Shown: positions 34,032-42,270 of the stretch, piece after piece | Layout: each line of letters begins with the position of its first letter | Numbering within the stretch: the first letter of the stretch is position 1 | Source of the DNA: a virus | DNA length: 52,035 bases | IMG/VR virus record: IMGVR_UViG_3300037297_000161 | Coordinates: 1-52,035 of that record | Reading direction: 5' to 3' (one strand) | Position numbers and translations under genes: made by a program | The notes under the pieces: generated by a model | Databases searched by the model: none | What the model saw: only the letters and a program-made list of their open reading frames with translations | Told to the model about the DNA's origin: nothing

Positions 34032-36019
34032 GTTGATTTCCTTTCGTAGTGCCAAACTTTGTAGACGCCGTCTTCAAGGATCGCGTGAGCTTTCTTGGAC
34101 CAGCAATCCATGACAACCGGTTTCGCATGTACAGGCACATCGCGAGTGTATGTATTATACGCCGTCACGAGCGTACTCTGAGTTTCGTGCGCCGCATCAG
34201 ATGCTTGCGCTAACGGGGCCTCAATGATCACCTCATCATGGATCTCGTTGACCAATCGACAGCCATAGAGGGCCGTCCCGGGCAGATAACATTTCCTGGC
34301 CAACTCCCACAGCGCCGCCTTGAGCGCGTCCGCCGCCATACCCTGGAAAAAGGAATTTGCGGCTGCACAAAACGTGACCTGACCACGCCATCGCTTGGAA
34401 TCGAAATGCTCGATCGTCGCGTAGTCTCGATCACCAACCAACCGCTTAACCCAGTCTAGGTAATCTCCGGCAATGTCTGGATATTCCTCGCACCACGAAG
34501 CATGCAGAGCACGGGCCTCATCCAGTGTGAGGATGACTCGATACATACCTTTGGCATAGCGGCGCAATCCGTTAGGGCCCATACCGCCCGGCAGACCGAA
34601 GTTAGCCGGCTTCGCGCGTTTCCTGAGTCCTTCAGCTGCCAGGTCTTCGGCCTTGATCCTGACTTCGAGCTCTTCATAGCTGCAGCGGGCGAGACGTGCG
34701 CCGAATTTCGTGTGAGGATCGATGCCGGCGTTCAGAGTGTCGGCCAAAGTAGACCTGCCAAACAGATTGATGCAGCATTGTGCAAGTGTATGCAACTCAG
34801 CACGGTCGACGTCGCACGCGATATAGACCCAGCCAGATCTGGGCACAAAACACTCGCGCGAGCCTTCGATCGTGCGGACGTTCTGGACATTCGGGTTGGA
34901 GCTGCTTGTGCGCCCTGACTTGAGCAGCACTTCATAGCGTGTATGAATAGGAGCATCAATCCCTTGTTCGATCGCCTTGACGAACCCCGACAGAAGATTG
35001 TCCATTTTTGCGTACTCGGTGTACTTCTCCAGCGTCGGATCGTCTGCGTCAGCACAGGCCTCCTTGTCCGTCGAGATGAATTTGGGATCACGCCATGGTC
35101 CGCCGTTGTATTGGGTCTCAATTCCCTTCGGCGAGAGCTTCAACAGCTTCCACGGGTCCTGTCCTGACTCCGCGCGCTGCTCCGCATCTCGGAGCATGGA
35201 TTCTTTCGTGGCTTTGATGTTGCGGGAGATGCCAACTATGTGCTTCTCCTTGCCACGTCCTCGGTACTTGTGCTTCAGCAGGCCGGCCTGCAGTAATTCT
35301 GATTGCAGACGATCGATCGTACTCTCCGCCATCGCACGTAGGCGCGCGCAGCCCTCACGGCTGGATCGCAAACCCCACGCCGACATGAGCCGGAGCACGA
35401 AATCAGCTCGGCACTGTCGATACTGATCCGCAAGGACGCAAAGACGATCTATGGCCTCAAGCTCTCGCTCCTGTACGTTGTACATGGCCAGTGTGATCAC
35501 AGCATCATTGGCGCTGTACTCGAGGGCCTCCTGCGGCCAGTGGTCCAAAGGCAAATGGGACAACTCCCAGTACCGCAGGCGCCAAGTATCCTCCTTCGCG
35601 ACATACCGATCCAGCAGGCGCCAGGCCAGATCTTGCATACCGTACTTGCCGTGCGCGTCGTAGCCTTCCGCGATGTCGATCAGTTTCTGGCGAGTCGCGA
35701 CGTCGGTGATCCGATCATTCTCATACGCATCGAAGACAAAGGGAAGCAGTGCCGGCCGCGCCTCGCAAGCCACAGCAAGATCGAAAGGCGTGTTCAGCCC
35801 TGCGATCTTGCCGTCGCCTTCGAGATGTTGTTGCAGCAGGTCAAGTGCTGGCTCGACGGAGTAGACAGCACCCTCACCGAGCGGGCACGGGACTATGACC
35901 CCCGTGCCCGCAGGCGCAACAATGCCCTCGCCTTGAAACCGCGCCGCCGACATGCATACAGGCGGAGGTACCTGCAGGCCAGGCTCGATCAACGCGGTTT
36001 CAAAGTCGATGGCTAGCAT
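34010..36019 (-). CDS. DNA polymerase, family A, with 3'-5' exonuclease domain
   Basis: Track ORF trimmed to ATG 36019. Exo motifs AIDFET, NTPFDL, YSANDAV. Pol motifs DVDRAELHTLA, RKRAKPANFGLPGGMG, NEIHDEV. No 5' nuclease domain. Confidence 0.92.
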   Translation of the reverse strand: MLAIDFETALIEPGLQVPPPVCMSAARFQGEGIVAPAGTGVIVPCPLGEGAVYSVEPALDLLQQHLEGDGKIAGLNTPFDLAVACEARPALLPFVFDAYENDRITDVATRQKLIDIAEGYDAHGKYGMQDLAWRLLDRYVAKEDTWRLRYWELSHLPLDHWPQEALEYSANDAVITLAMYNVQERELEAIDRLCVLADQYRQCRADFVLRLMSAWGLRSSREGCARLRAMAESTIDRLQSELLQAGLLKHKYRGRGKEKHIVGISRNIKATKESMLRDAEQRAESGQDPWKLLKLSPKGIETQYNGGPWRDPKFISTDKEACADADDPTLEKYTEYAKMDNLLSGFVKAIEQGIDAPIHTRYEVLLKSGRTSSSNPNVQNVRTIEGSRECFVPRSGWVYIACDVDRAELHTLAQCCINLFGRSTLADTLNAGIDPHTKFGARLARCSYEELEVRIKAEDLAAEGLRKRAKPANFGLPGGMGPNGLRRYAKGMYRVILTLDEARALHASWCEEYPDIAGDYLDWVKRLVGDRDYATIEHFDSKRWRGQVTFCAAANSFFQGMAADALKAALWELARKCYLPGTALYGCRLVNEIHDEVIIEAPLAQASDAAHETQSTLVTAYNTYTRDVPVHAKPVVMDCWSKKAHAILEDGVYKVWHYERKSTCEKLFL

Positions 36020-36030
36020 CTGATCGACTC

Positions 36031-36618
36031 TCAGAATGCGATCTCGTCGTCGGAGACGGCCGGGGTCCGAGTACTCCGAGATGCCGAGGTCGCCTCGATG
36101 ATTGGGCCCCATGTGTGACGGGTCCGTCCCTTGCTGCCGGGTCGGCTCTTCGGGCCCGGGGGCACATGCACACAGTTGAGCCGGATCAACAGCCCGTCAC
36201 AGGGCTGCGTCGGTCCTACGATCTCCTCGAGTGCCTGCTCCCAGAATCGGTTGTTGGCGATGCTTTGGGCCAGCGCGTGGTTACCACCGGCCTGGGCCAG
36301 ATCATCGGCAGCCACCGGCTCCACGTACGTGTCTGGATCATCGATCGAAAGCACGGCCGCCGCGAATGCCTTCATGTCCGCGAGCTGGTAGTGCGGAAAT
36401 TCTTGATCGCGTGTCAGGACGTATGACGGCTTACTGCCCGGGCCTCGTGTCGCGCAATCACTTTCAACAACCTCCGTTTCCACGATGAACGTCGGCCCCT
36501 TCCTCGTTGTCTTGTAGTCGATCTTGCCGAGGCGCACGACGTAGTTTCCAGGCTCGAAATAGATCCCGCCCTTGTTGACCTGCACATCGGCCAGTCCTGC
36601 GAATCGTCCACGTTCCAT
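36031..36618 (-). CDS. single-stranded DNA-binding protein candidate
   Basis: 195 aa directly upstream of the polymerase; ends in an acidic tail with terminal aromatic residue ..VSDDEIAF, as in SSB and T7 gp2.5 tails. Confidence 0.45.
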   Translation of the reverse strand: MERGRFAGLADVQVNKGGIYFEPGNYVVRLGKIDYKTTRKGPTFIVETEVVESDCATRGPGSKPSYVLTRDQEFPHYQLADMKAFAAAVLSIDDPDTYVEPVAADDLAQAGGNHALAQSIANNRFWEQALEEIVGPTQPCDGLLIRLNCVHVPPGPKSRPGSKGRTRHTWGPIIEATSASRSTRTPAVSDDEIAF

Positions 36619-36706
36619 GTTCTTGCTCCTGTGATGAGGCGGTGCCTCGTTGTTATGCTGTCCAGCGCATGTGCTTTTGCCATGCGCGTATCAAAAGTGT
36701 CTCCTG

Positions 36707-36871
36707 TCAACCCTCTTTCACCCATTGCCCTACCAGAAATACAAAACCCACGGCTGAGGCAAAAAGCACGCCATAGCCCGGCCATGTGTCGATGGTGTGC
36801 GCCAGCGCTCCGCAGAAAAACGGCACGCCTACAAAGACAAAGAACAAAAACCAGGCCAGCAATGTTTTCAT
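36707..36871 (-). CDS. small two-TM membrane protein (54 aa), not in the ORF track
   Basis: MKTLLAWFLFFVFVGVPFFCGALAHTIDTWPGYGVLFASAVGFVFLVGQWVKEG; SD AGGAGGTG 3 nt after the helicase stop codon. Confidence 0.6.
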   Translation of the reverse strand: MKTLLAWFLFFVFVGVPFFCGALAHTIDTWPGYGVLFASAVGFVFLVGQWVKEG

Positions 36872-36874
36872 AAG

Positions 36875-38845
36875 TCACCTCCTAAACGCGCTCGGATCAA
36901 ACCGCGCAAACCGCGGAAGACCCGACGCTTTGATCTCCTGATCTGTAAATCTATCATCTTCGCCCTCAAAAAAGCGAGCATTATTTTTACACCAAAGCGG
37001 ATTTCCGGCGGCGTGTAGTGCTTGGACTTCCGCCTCGCTCAGCACGTCGACATCGGCGAAGTTGAGTTTTTGTGCCTGCTGCATCGTACGCTCTACGTAC
37101 TCTGCATCGCGCCTGGCCTGCCGGAACACGTCCCATTGCTCATAGCAGCACAAGAGCACGTCGGCTGTCACCTCATCAGCCTGCTGCCCATCCCTGTGCG
37201 TACGGCCTAAGAGTTGCTCCCATACATCACCTCCTGGCGGAGAGCTGACGATCAGGTTAGCGCCGAAGTGCTGCAGGTTGCGACCCTCGCTGTTCGCCTT
37301 GATTGAGGCAATGCAAGTTTCTTTCTCACCCTCAATCATCTTGCCATCGCAGAGTCCCTTGCTACCGTAGTACGGCAGACCCGCAATGTCAGAGAGGCGT
37401 TTGGCGAATGCAGTTTCATAGCACCAGATGATTCCGGTATTGCTCTCGGCCCAGCGCACAACCCACTGTAGGCATGCATCATCAATCCATTCCGCCACCG
37501 TTGTTGGCTTGTAGCTAGGCTTGATCGCGCGCCAATCGGCCAGTGCTTCCTCAGCCCACGGGATCCGGCCGGCGTCGATTGCGCGAGTAGCGATCAACGG
37601 AGATTCGAGATCACGAAAATCGCGCAGGATCTGACGGAGTGTGGCTGCCCAGATCTTGCGCAAGGTGAGCCACTCGCGCGGAGGGAGCGGATCCCACCTG
37701 TAATAAAACCCCTGGATGAGCTCACGCGCGTGTCGCCATAAATCTGCCGGTGACTCAACAGGATGCCCATCCGGAAGCTCCCAGGAACCCCGGAGCTGTG
37801 CGAATGCATCTACTACGGTTCGACCAGGCTCGAAGCCGTGCCCTGTGATTTGCAGGGTCATGGCACCATCGAATATGTCATCCGTGCCGACCACACCAGG
37901 CGCTGTCAAAAGGCGCCGGGAGTACGCCTGTCGAACCACCTGCAACGACTTGCTCTTCGTAGGTTCCACAGCCAGCTCCGCAAGTTCTTGATCATTGCAC
38001 AGTCGCAACAGAGCCCCTGGAAGAAGGCGACCAGTAGGCGCCACTTTCTCATCTAGTGCATCCGCCCACTCAGCCGCCTCACTATGCGATCGCGGTAGCG
38101 GCTGCAGCTGATCAGGAACAGCCCACATGGTCCGATGATGGTACTCGAGGATTGATCGTTTGGTCATTGTGCCTGACATGTCGATGTAGCCGGCATCCGG
38201 GTTTGTCTTGGTCAAGTATTTGTGCATCCGGATTGTGCACGCCGCGCGCGGGTTTTTGAACTTTTGGCTCTCATCCGAAACAACCAGATCAGGCCTGAAG
38301 GCATTCAACTCCGCGATGCCTCGATCACGAGCCAGGAGCTCGTACGAGATCAAGTGCAGTCGGGCCGGTGCCCGCCAGTGCCGTTTGAGCATTGCAAAAT
38401 CGCGCAAGGTCTTCTGCTGCAGTTTAGCCGGCGTGACAATCAAGGCCTTCTTGGCCTCGACCACCGAGGGCGCCAAGAAGGAGACGAGCGTCTTACCGCC
38501 TCCGACGCGAATGTTGGCGATCATGCCACCATAGTCGTGGATGCATTGCAGTGCTGCGATCTGCACCGGGCGCAAGTGCATGGCGCCGGTCCCACCGCAG
38601 GCACACGCCTCACGCGCTCGCTGACACTCCGCGCAGTGCCGCTGGATCACTTCGTGACCGCATCGGGGTCGGCAACCGTAGCGGGGCGGCAGGGCGTAGA
38701 GTGACTCGAGGAATTCCCCGATCCCTTGGATCTGTGGATCATCCTGCCATCGATACGCAGGGAGAGCCAAAATGCGATCAAGCTCGGCTGAATCCTTCAC
38801 TCCACCGCGGTGGAAGAGGGAGGTCAATTTGCCGGGCAGCGGCAT
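36875..38845 (-). CDS. SF2 helicase (SNF2/DEAD-like) with N-terminal zinc-finger region
   Basis: Track ORF trimmed to ATG 38845; GGGKT (motif I), VVSDESQ (motif II), QLLGRTHRDGQ (motif VI); Cys cluster CRPRCGHEVIQRHCAECQ. Confidence 0.85.
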   Translation of the reverse strand: MPLPGKLTSLFHRGGVKDSAELDRILALPAYRWQDDPQIQGIGEFLESLYALPPRYGCRPRCGHEVIQRHCAECQRAREACACGGTGAMHLRPVQIAALQCIHDYGGMIANIRVGGGKTLVSFLAPSVVEAKKALIVTPAKLQQKTLRDFAMLKRHWRAPARLHLISYELLARDRGIAELNAFRPDLVVSDESQKFKNPRAACTIRMHKYLTKTNPDAGYIDMSGTMTKRSILEYHHRTMWAVPDQLQPLPRSHSEAAEWADALDEKVAPTGRLLPGALLRLCNDQELAELAVEPTKSKSLQVVRQAYSRRLLTAPGVVGTDDIFDGAMTLQITGHGFEPGRTVVDAFAQLRGSWELPDGHPVESPADLWRHARELIQGFYYRWDPLPPREWLTLRKIWAATLRQILRDFRDLESPLIATRAIDAGRIPWAEEALADWRAIKPSYKPTTVAEWIDDACLQWVVRWAESNTGIIWCYETAFAKRLSDIAGLPYYGSKGLCDGKMIEGEKETCIASIKANSEGRNLQHFGANLIVSSPPGGDVWEQLLGRTHRDGQQADEVTADVLLCCYEQWDVFRQARRDAEYVERTMQQAQKLNFADVDVLSEAEVQALHAAGNPLWCKNNARFFEGEDDRFTDQEIKASGLPRFARFDPSAFRR

Positions 38846-38847
38846 GG

Positions 38848-39048
38848 CTATGCTCTCTGTACCCAACAAAAGCCGGAACCCTGGCATGCATTGCACGGGA
38901 CGTATGCCTGCCGTCCGTGATGCCAGCTCATGCCATACCCGCAGCAACAAGGGCAAGTGATCTCAGCAAATGGCATATCCACTGTATGAGGATGGCCCCG
39001 CAGCCAGGCCACAACTTCCGCGGCAGTGTGCAGAGAATCATCTTTCAT
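38848..39048 (-). CDS. DnaJ-type zinc-finger mini-protein
   Basis: Track ORF trimmed to ATG 39048 (ATGA overlap); 66 aa; two CxxCxGxG units (CPCCCGYG, CNACQGSG). Confidence 0.55.
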   Translation of the reverse strand: MKDDSLHTAAEVVAWLRGHPHTVDMPFAEITCPCCCGYGMSWHHGRQAYVPCNACQGSGFCWVQRA

Positions 39049-39254
39049 CTCACCGATGCCTGTTCCTGGTAGTACGGTGTCCCGTCGATCGCTCGGCGTA
39101 AGATCCCGGTGGTGAACCACTCGCGATGCGGTCCATTGAAATTGTATCCATCTGGTTCCCAGCCCCAATGAGGGAATTTATAACACGGCGGCAACGGCTC
39201 CTCTACAAGCACAATCCTCACATCGCCATTCGTGAAGAAGAAAGGGGCAGGCAC
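39045..39254 (-). CDS. hypothetical protein
   Basis: Start set to GTG 39254, overlapping the upstream TAG (TAGTG), with GGAG 5 nt upstream; 69 aa. Confidence 0.45.
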   Translation of the reverse strand: MPAPFFFTNGDVRIVLVEEPLPPCYKFPHWGWEPDGYNFNGPHREWFTTGILRRAIDGTPYYQEQASVR

Positions 39255-39493
39255 TAGGGCTCCAACAGTCGAACAGCACGAAGCCGCACGCGTCGTTTGC
39301 GTGGGCCGCATCTGGCTCCCACTACGAACTCGGCGGTTCGAGCCGCACCGTCACTCCGCCCTGAGATGCGGACGGTCTCGCCCGGACGAAACATCGCCCC
39401 GGCGAGCGGCTCAACCACTAGGACATCCCCGCGGCGTTGGATGATAGCGGCGCTCCGCCCGTCAGCGGTTGCTAGCATTTTGTAGGAGGTCAT
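39254..39493 (-). CDS. hypothetical protein
   Basis: Track ORF trimmed to ATG 39493 (ATGA overlap with the methyltransferase-like gene); 79 aa. Confidence 0.45.
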   Translation of the reverse strand: MTSYKMLATADGRSAAIIQRRGDVLVVEPLAGAMFRPGETVRISGRSDGAARTAEFVVGARCGPRKRRVRLRAVRLLEP

Positions 39494-40071
39494 TTTTCCC
39501 ACACCTGCGCATGGCCGTGCTTGGCCAATCGGTTCCGGAAGGCGGAATCAGCAGCCCAGCGGCCGTCAAGCACTAGTGTACTCGGGAAGGTAGCGCCTCC
39601 GGAGTGTTTGTATTTCTCGCCTTTGCGTTTGGCCTCGGCTCGGAGAAACGCGATCTCCTCTTTCGACCGGATGAATTTAACCCGCTGCCGAAGTGCTATC
39701 GTCGTGCACGGAAACTCCGGGGCCGGCAAGGCCCGGAAGTGATCCTGCTTGAAGACCAGGAAACCGCCATGAGCCCCTCGAAAGATCGCGTCCTGCCACA
39801 CGCGCCAGAACCATTCGACTCGGGTGCGCGGTCCTGGCGGATTGCACCACAGCACCGAGTCCGAAGATACAGGCACCTGCGGCGGGCACGGATCTGCCTC
39901 AGACCAATAGCGCATGGCCCGCACAATCTCCTGGTGCTCCTCGCATGAGGCAAGATCATGTGTGAAAGGGCCGTACAGATCCCGGACAATCTGCAGCACA
40001 TGGTCTGGTGTGCCCCAGTTGTCAGAGTACATGCCTCGAGCGCGTGAGGTGTGATCTGAGGGCCGGGTCAT
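39490..40071 (-). CDS. DNA methyltransferase-like protein (phage Dam-type fold) with atypical NPPG motif
   Basis: Track ORF trimmed to ATG 40071 (ATGA overlap); DNWGTPDHV..FTHDLAS and LWCNPPGP motifs resemble the phage N6-adenine methyltransferase family, but the aromatic residue of (D/N)PP(Y/F/W) is Gly. Confidence 0.5.
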   Translation of the reverse strand: MTRPSDHTSRARGMYSDNWGTPDHVLQIVRDLYGPFTHDLASCEEHQEIVRAMRYWSEADPCPPQVPVSSDSVLWCNPPGPRTRVEWFWRVWQDAIFRGAHGGFLVFKQDHFRALPAPEFPCTTIALRQRVKFIRSKEEIAFLRAEAKRKGEKYKHSGGATFPSTLVLDGRWAADSAFRNRLAKHGHAQVWEK

Positions 40072-40568
40072 AGCGGCAACCAATGCGCAAAAGGGCCTGG
40101 AGGATCGGGAGGGTCCTCCCATTCGTCCGAGGTCACCCCTCGCAACTCCATTTCCAAGAGCATGAGCGCTGACCAGGCCATGTGGGCCAGATGCGGCAGA
40201 CGGCTGCCTTCATTCCGCCGCGCCTCAGGGAGCTCGTCACCATCACGGACAAAGCCGAGCCGCCGCAGCTGAAGATGCCGCCACAACGCATCTTCGTAGT
40301 AGTGCATGCCGTCGGCTCGCGCTGACTGCCAGTTGTTGGGCCCGTGTTTGCCCTCGCCGTACATACTGACTTGATGTACGGCGGTTAGTGCGCGTCGGAA
40401 CGGCTCCGATTTCTTCGAAGCCGCAGCGATCTTGGAATCGACCTCTGGCTTGGGCTCGATCTCAGGTGCATCCTCACACGGCTCCCAGCTATGGTGGCCT
40501 TGATCATTGCAGCCCGGCGGGCACACGCCTCGGCGGTATCTACATGTCTCACATGCGCGCACGGTCAT
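40068..40568 (-). CDS. MazG/MazZ-like dNTP pyrophosphohydrolase (dATP/dGTP diphosphohydrolase N-terminal-domain family) with Cys-rich N-terminus
   Basis: Track ORF trimmed to ATG 40568 behind GAGAGAG; GEGKHGPNNW .. DALWRHL .. SRLPHLAHMAWSALMLLE matches the KYGxxNW / RHL / SGLxHLAHA signature. Confidence 0.65.
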   Translation of the reverse strand: MTVRACETCRYRRGVCPPGCNDQGHHSWEPCEDAPEIEPKPEVDSKIAAASKKSEPFRRALTAVHQVSMYGEGKHGPNNWQSARADGMHYYEDALWRHLQLRRLGFVRDGDELPEARRNEGSRLPHLAHMAWSALMLLEMELRGVTSDEWEDPPDPPGPFAHWLPL

Positions 40569-40723
40569 GGTGCTCTCTCGCTTTCCTCGACAACGGCCCC
40601 GGTCGGACCAGAGCACAACACCCCGAACGCGCCCGCGAGAGCAGCGATCACGGCCAAATAGATGGCCCCTCCGATCACAGCTTTCCCAAGGGGCGTCAAT
40701 ACAGAATGCCACGTGCGTCTCAT
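40565..40723 (-). CDS. small single-TM membrane protein (52 aa), not in the ORF track
   Basis: MRRTWHSVLTPLGKAVIGGAIYLAVIAALAGAFGVLCSGPTGAVVEESERAP; SD GAGGTG 4 nt upstream; ATGA overlap with the next gene. Confidence 0.55.
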   Translation of the reverse strand: MRRTWHSVLTPLGKAVIGGAIYLAVIAALAGAFGVLCSGPTGAVVEESERAP

Positions 40724-40743
40724 CTGTCACCTCTGGTTTCGGA

Positions 40744-42270
40744 CTAGAACCCTCGCACGATCAGATCGGCACACCGCAACAGCACATCCAGGCAATCGCG
40801 CACGACCGGATCTGCACTGTGCGCCACGAGCGCCCTTTTCGGCGGATCAGACACCAAGTGCAGTGCCAGCGCCTGAGCCATCAAAGCGCCATTGCCGCCG
40901 TATAGATCCGGAATCAGCCGGTAATCGTGGCTGTACTCATCCTTGAGCCCAGCCAGCACCGGGGATACATAGAAGGCGAATTCGATCCACGGTCGATTGG
41001 GCACGCAATCGATGTAGAGCTCGAACCCGGGAATGCGATTCGCCGCGGCCGGCCCCTGCGTGGGGACAGAGGCCGGCGCGGCCGGTGCTGCTGCGGAGGT
41101 GGACGCAGGAGTCACCGCAGGAGCTGCGACAGGCGTTGCGGGCGCCTGCGCAGCAGTTTGATCCTTCTTGGCATCGACACAGGTAGCCCCCTGCACAGGC
41201 GCCTGTGCAGGGGCTGCCGGAGCCGCAGCCGCGCAAGCTGCGGCATTTTTTGCTTTCAGGGCTGCCAGCCGCTCCAGCGGCCCGGCGCTCTCAGGCGGAT
41301 TCAACCCGACCGCTGGAGCAGCCGACGGCGCAGGGTCGACAGAGGCGACAGGCGCCGCAGCTCCTTCAGCTCCGGCAGCCGGAGCTGGTGTCTGGGTCTG
41401 AGCAGCCGCGGCCCGGGCCGCGGCCATACGTTCTTTCAACGGGCTAGTCATAGCGAATAGACTCCTAAGTTGTGCTCCAGCGGAGCGATCACAGATCGAC
41501 TCGTACGGACAGCCCCCGTACTTACCACACGAGGCATAATTCGCCTCCAGGGTGTTCGGGTGCGGGGCTGTGTGTCGCAGTTCTTTGAGCTCGCGCGCCT
41601 CACTCACAATACGTTGCCAGGGCTCAGCGATGGTGTCAATGGAAAATTCACACTCGGTCAAAATCGATCGCGGCCTGTTGGTGCGATAGTAGATCCAGCG
41701 ATCGGTGGCTCTCGAGCACCCGAAGCGCTGCATGCCAGCCACCGCATAGATGATTCCTTGAGGATCTTGCTGTAGATCCTCGGGCGTGAGGGCGTACTGC
41801 AGATTGCTCGTGGTCTTGTGATCCCCTACGATTACCGTATCATCTTGCTGATACAAGAAATCGATGAATCCACGGATCAATAGATCATCATCGATTGGGA
41901 TCGTGAACTCTTGCTCGCACCGGGCAATCCCAGGTGCAGGTAGATGCACAATCCCTGGGAGCACGATCGCTACAATTTGATCATGGCTCCAGCGATAGGT
42001 TTTTTGCGGGGTACGGATCTCCAGGGCCTGGCCTGGCCCTTTTGGCAGCCAGCCGGTCCTGAGGTAGCGCTCGAGCACTTTATGGATACCAGTACCAAGC
42101 TGCGCCTGACGGCCGGGCGGATCAGCTTTCTTGAGAATATATTTGAATGCCCATTTGCGCAGACAGTCGCGCACGAGTTTGATCTGGCTCGGAGAGACTT
42201 TAACAAGCCCTTGCACCGGAACGGTTAGACTGGGCGGATCTCCCCACTTGCGGCCTTTTCCCCAGGTCAT
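40744..42270 (-). CDS. PD-(D/E)XK Cas4/RecB-like nuclease fused through an Ala/Pro-rich linker to an unknown C-terminal domain
   Basis: Track ORF trimmed to ATG 42270 (ATGA overlap); motifs GIHKVLE, EQEF, IDFLYQ..VGDHKT, QGIIY, and four Cys (RDC .. CGKYGGCPYESIC); ~140-aa A/P/T/Q linker; ~100-aa C-terminal domain. Confidence 0.75.
   Translation of the reverse strand: MTWGKGRKWGDPPSLTVPVQGLVKVSPSQIKLVRDCLRKWAFKYILKKADPPGRQAQLGTGIHKVLERYLRTGWLPKGPGQALEIRTPQKTYRWSHDQIVAIVLPGIVHLPAPGIARCEQEFTIPIDDDLLIRGFIDFLYQQDDTVIVGDHKTTSNLQYALTPEDLQQDPQGIIYAVAGMQRFGCSRATDRWIYYRTNRPRSILTECEFSIDTIAEPWQRIVSEARELKELRHTAPHPNTLEANYASCGKYGGCPYESICDRSAGAQLRSLFAMTSPLKERMAAARAAAAQTQTPAPAAGAEGAAAPVASVDPAPSAAPAVGLNPPESAGPLERLAALKAKNAAACAAAAPAAPAQAPVQGATCVDAKKDQTAAQAPATPVAAPAVTPASTSAAAPAAPASVPTQGPAAANRIPGFELYIDCVPNRPWIEFAFYVSPVLAGLKDEYSHDYRLIPDLYGGNGALMAQALALHLVSDPPKRALVAHSADPVVRDCLDVLLRCADLIVRGF

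Noticed and set aside
36665-36687. Hairpin GCGCATG-9 nt-CATGCGC between the small membrane ORF and the SSB-like gene
   Set aside because: The stem is short, the loop is large, and there is no U-run on either strand. It is not convincing as a terminator.
36414-36878. 154-aa minus-strand track ORF between the helicase and the SSB-like gene
   Set aside because: Its composition is poor, it has no SD, and it overlaps the SSB-like gene by 200 nt. The 54-aa membrane ORF with a perfect SD explains the region better.
40068-40568. Z-genome (2-aminoadenine) pathway suggested by the MazZ-like gene
   Set aside because: I could not recognise any PurZ-like adenylosuccinate synthetase homologue or DatZ-like HD phosphohydrolase. 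The MazZ-like family also occurs in phages with ordinary DNA.
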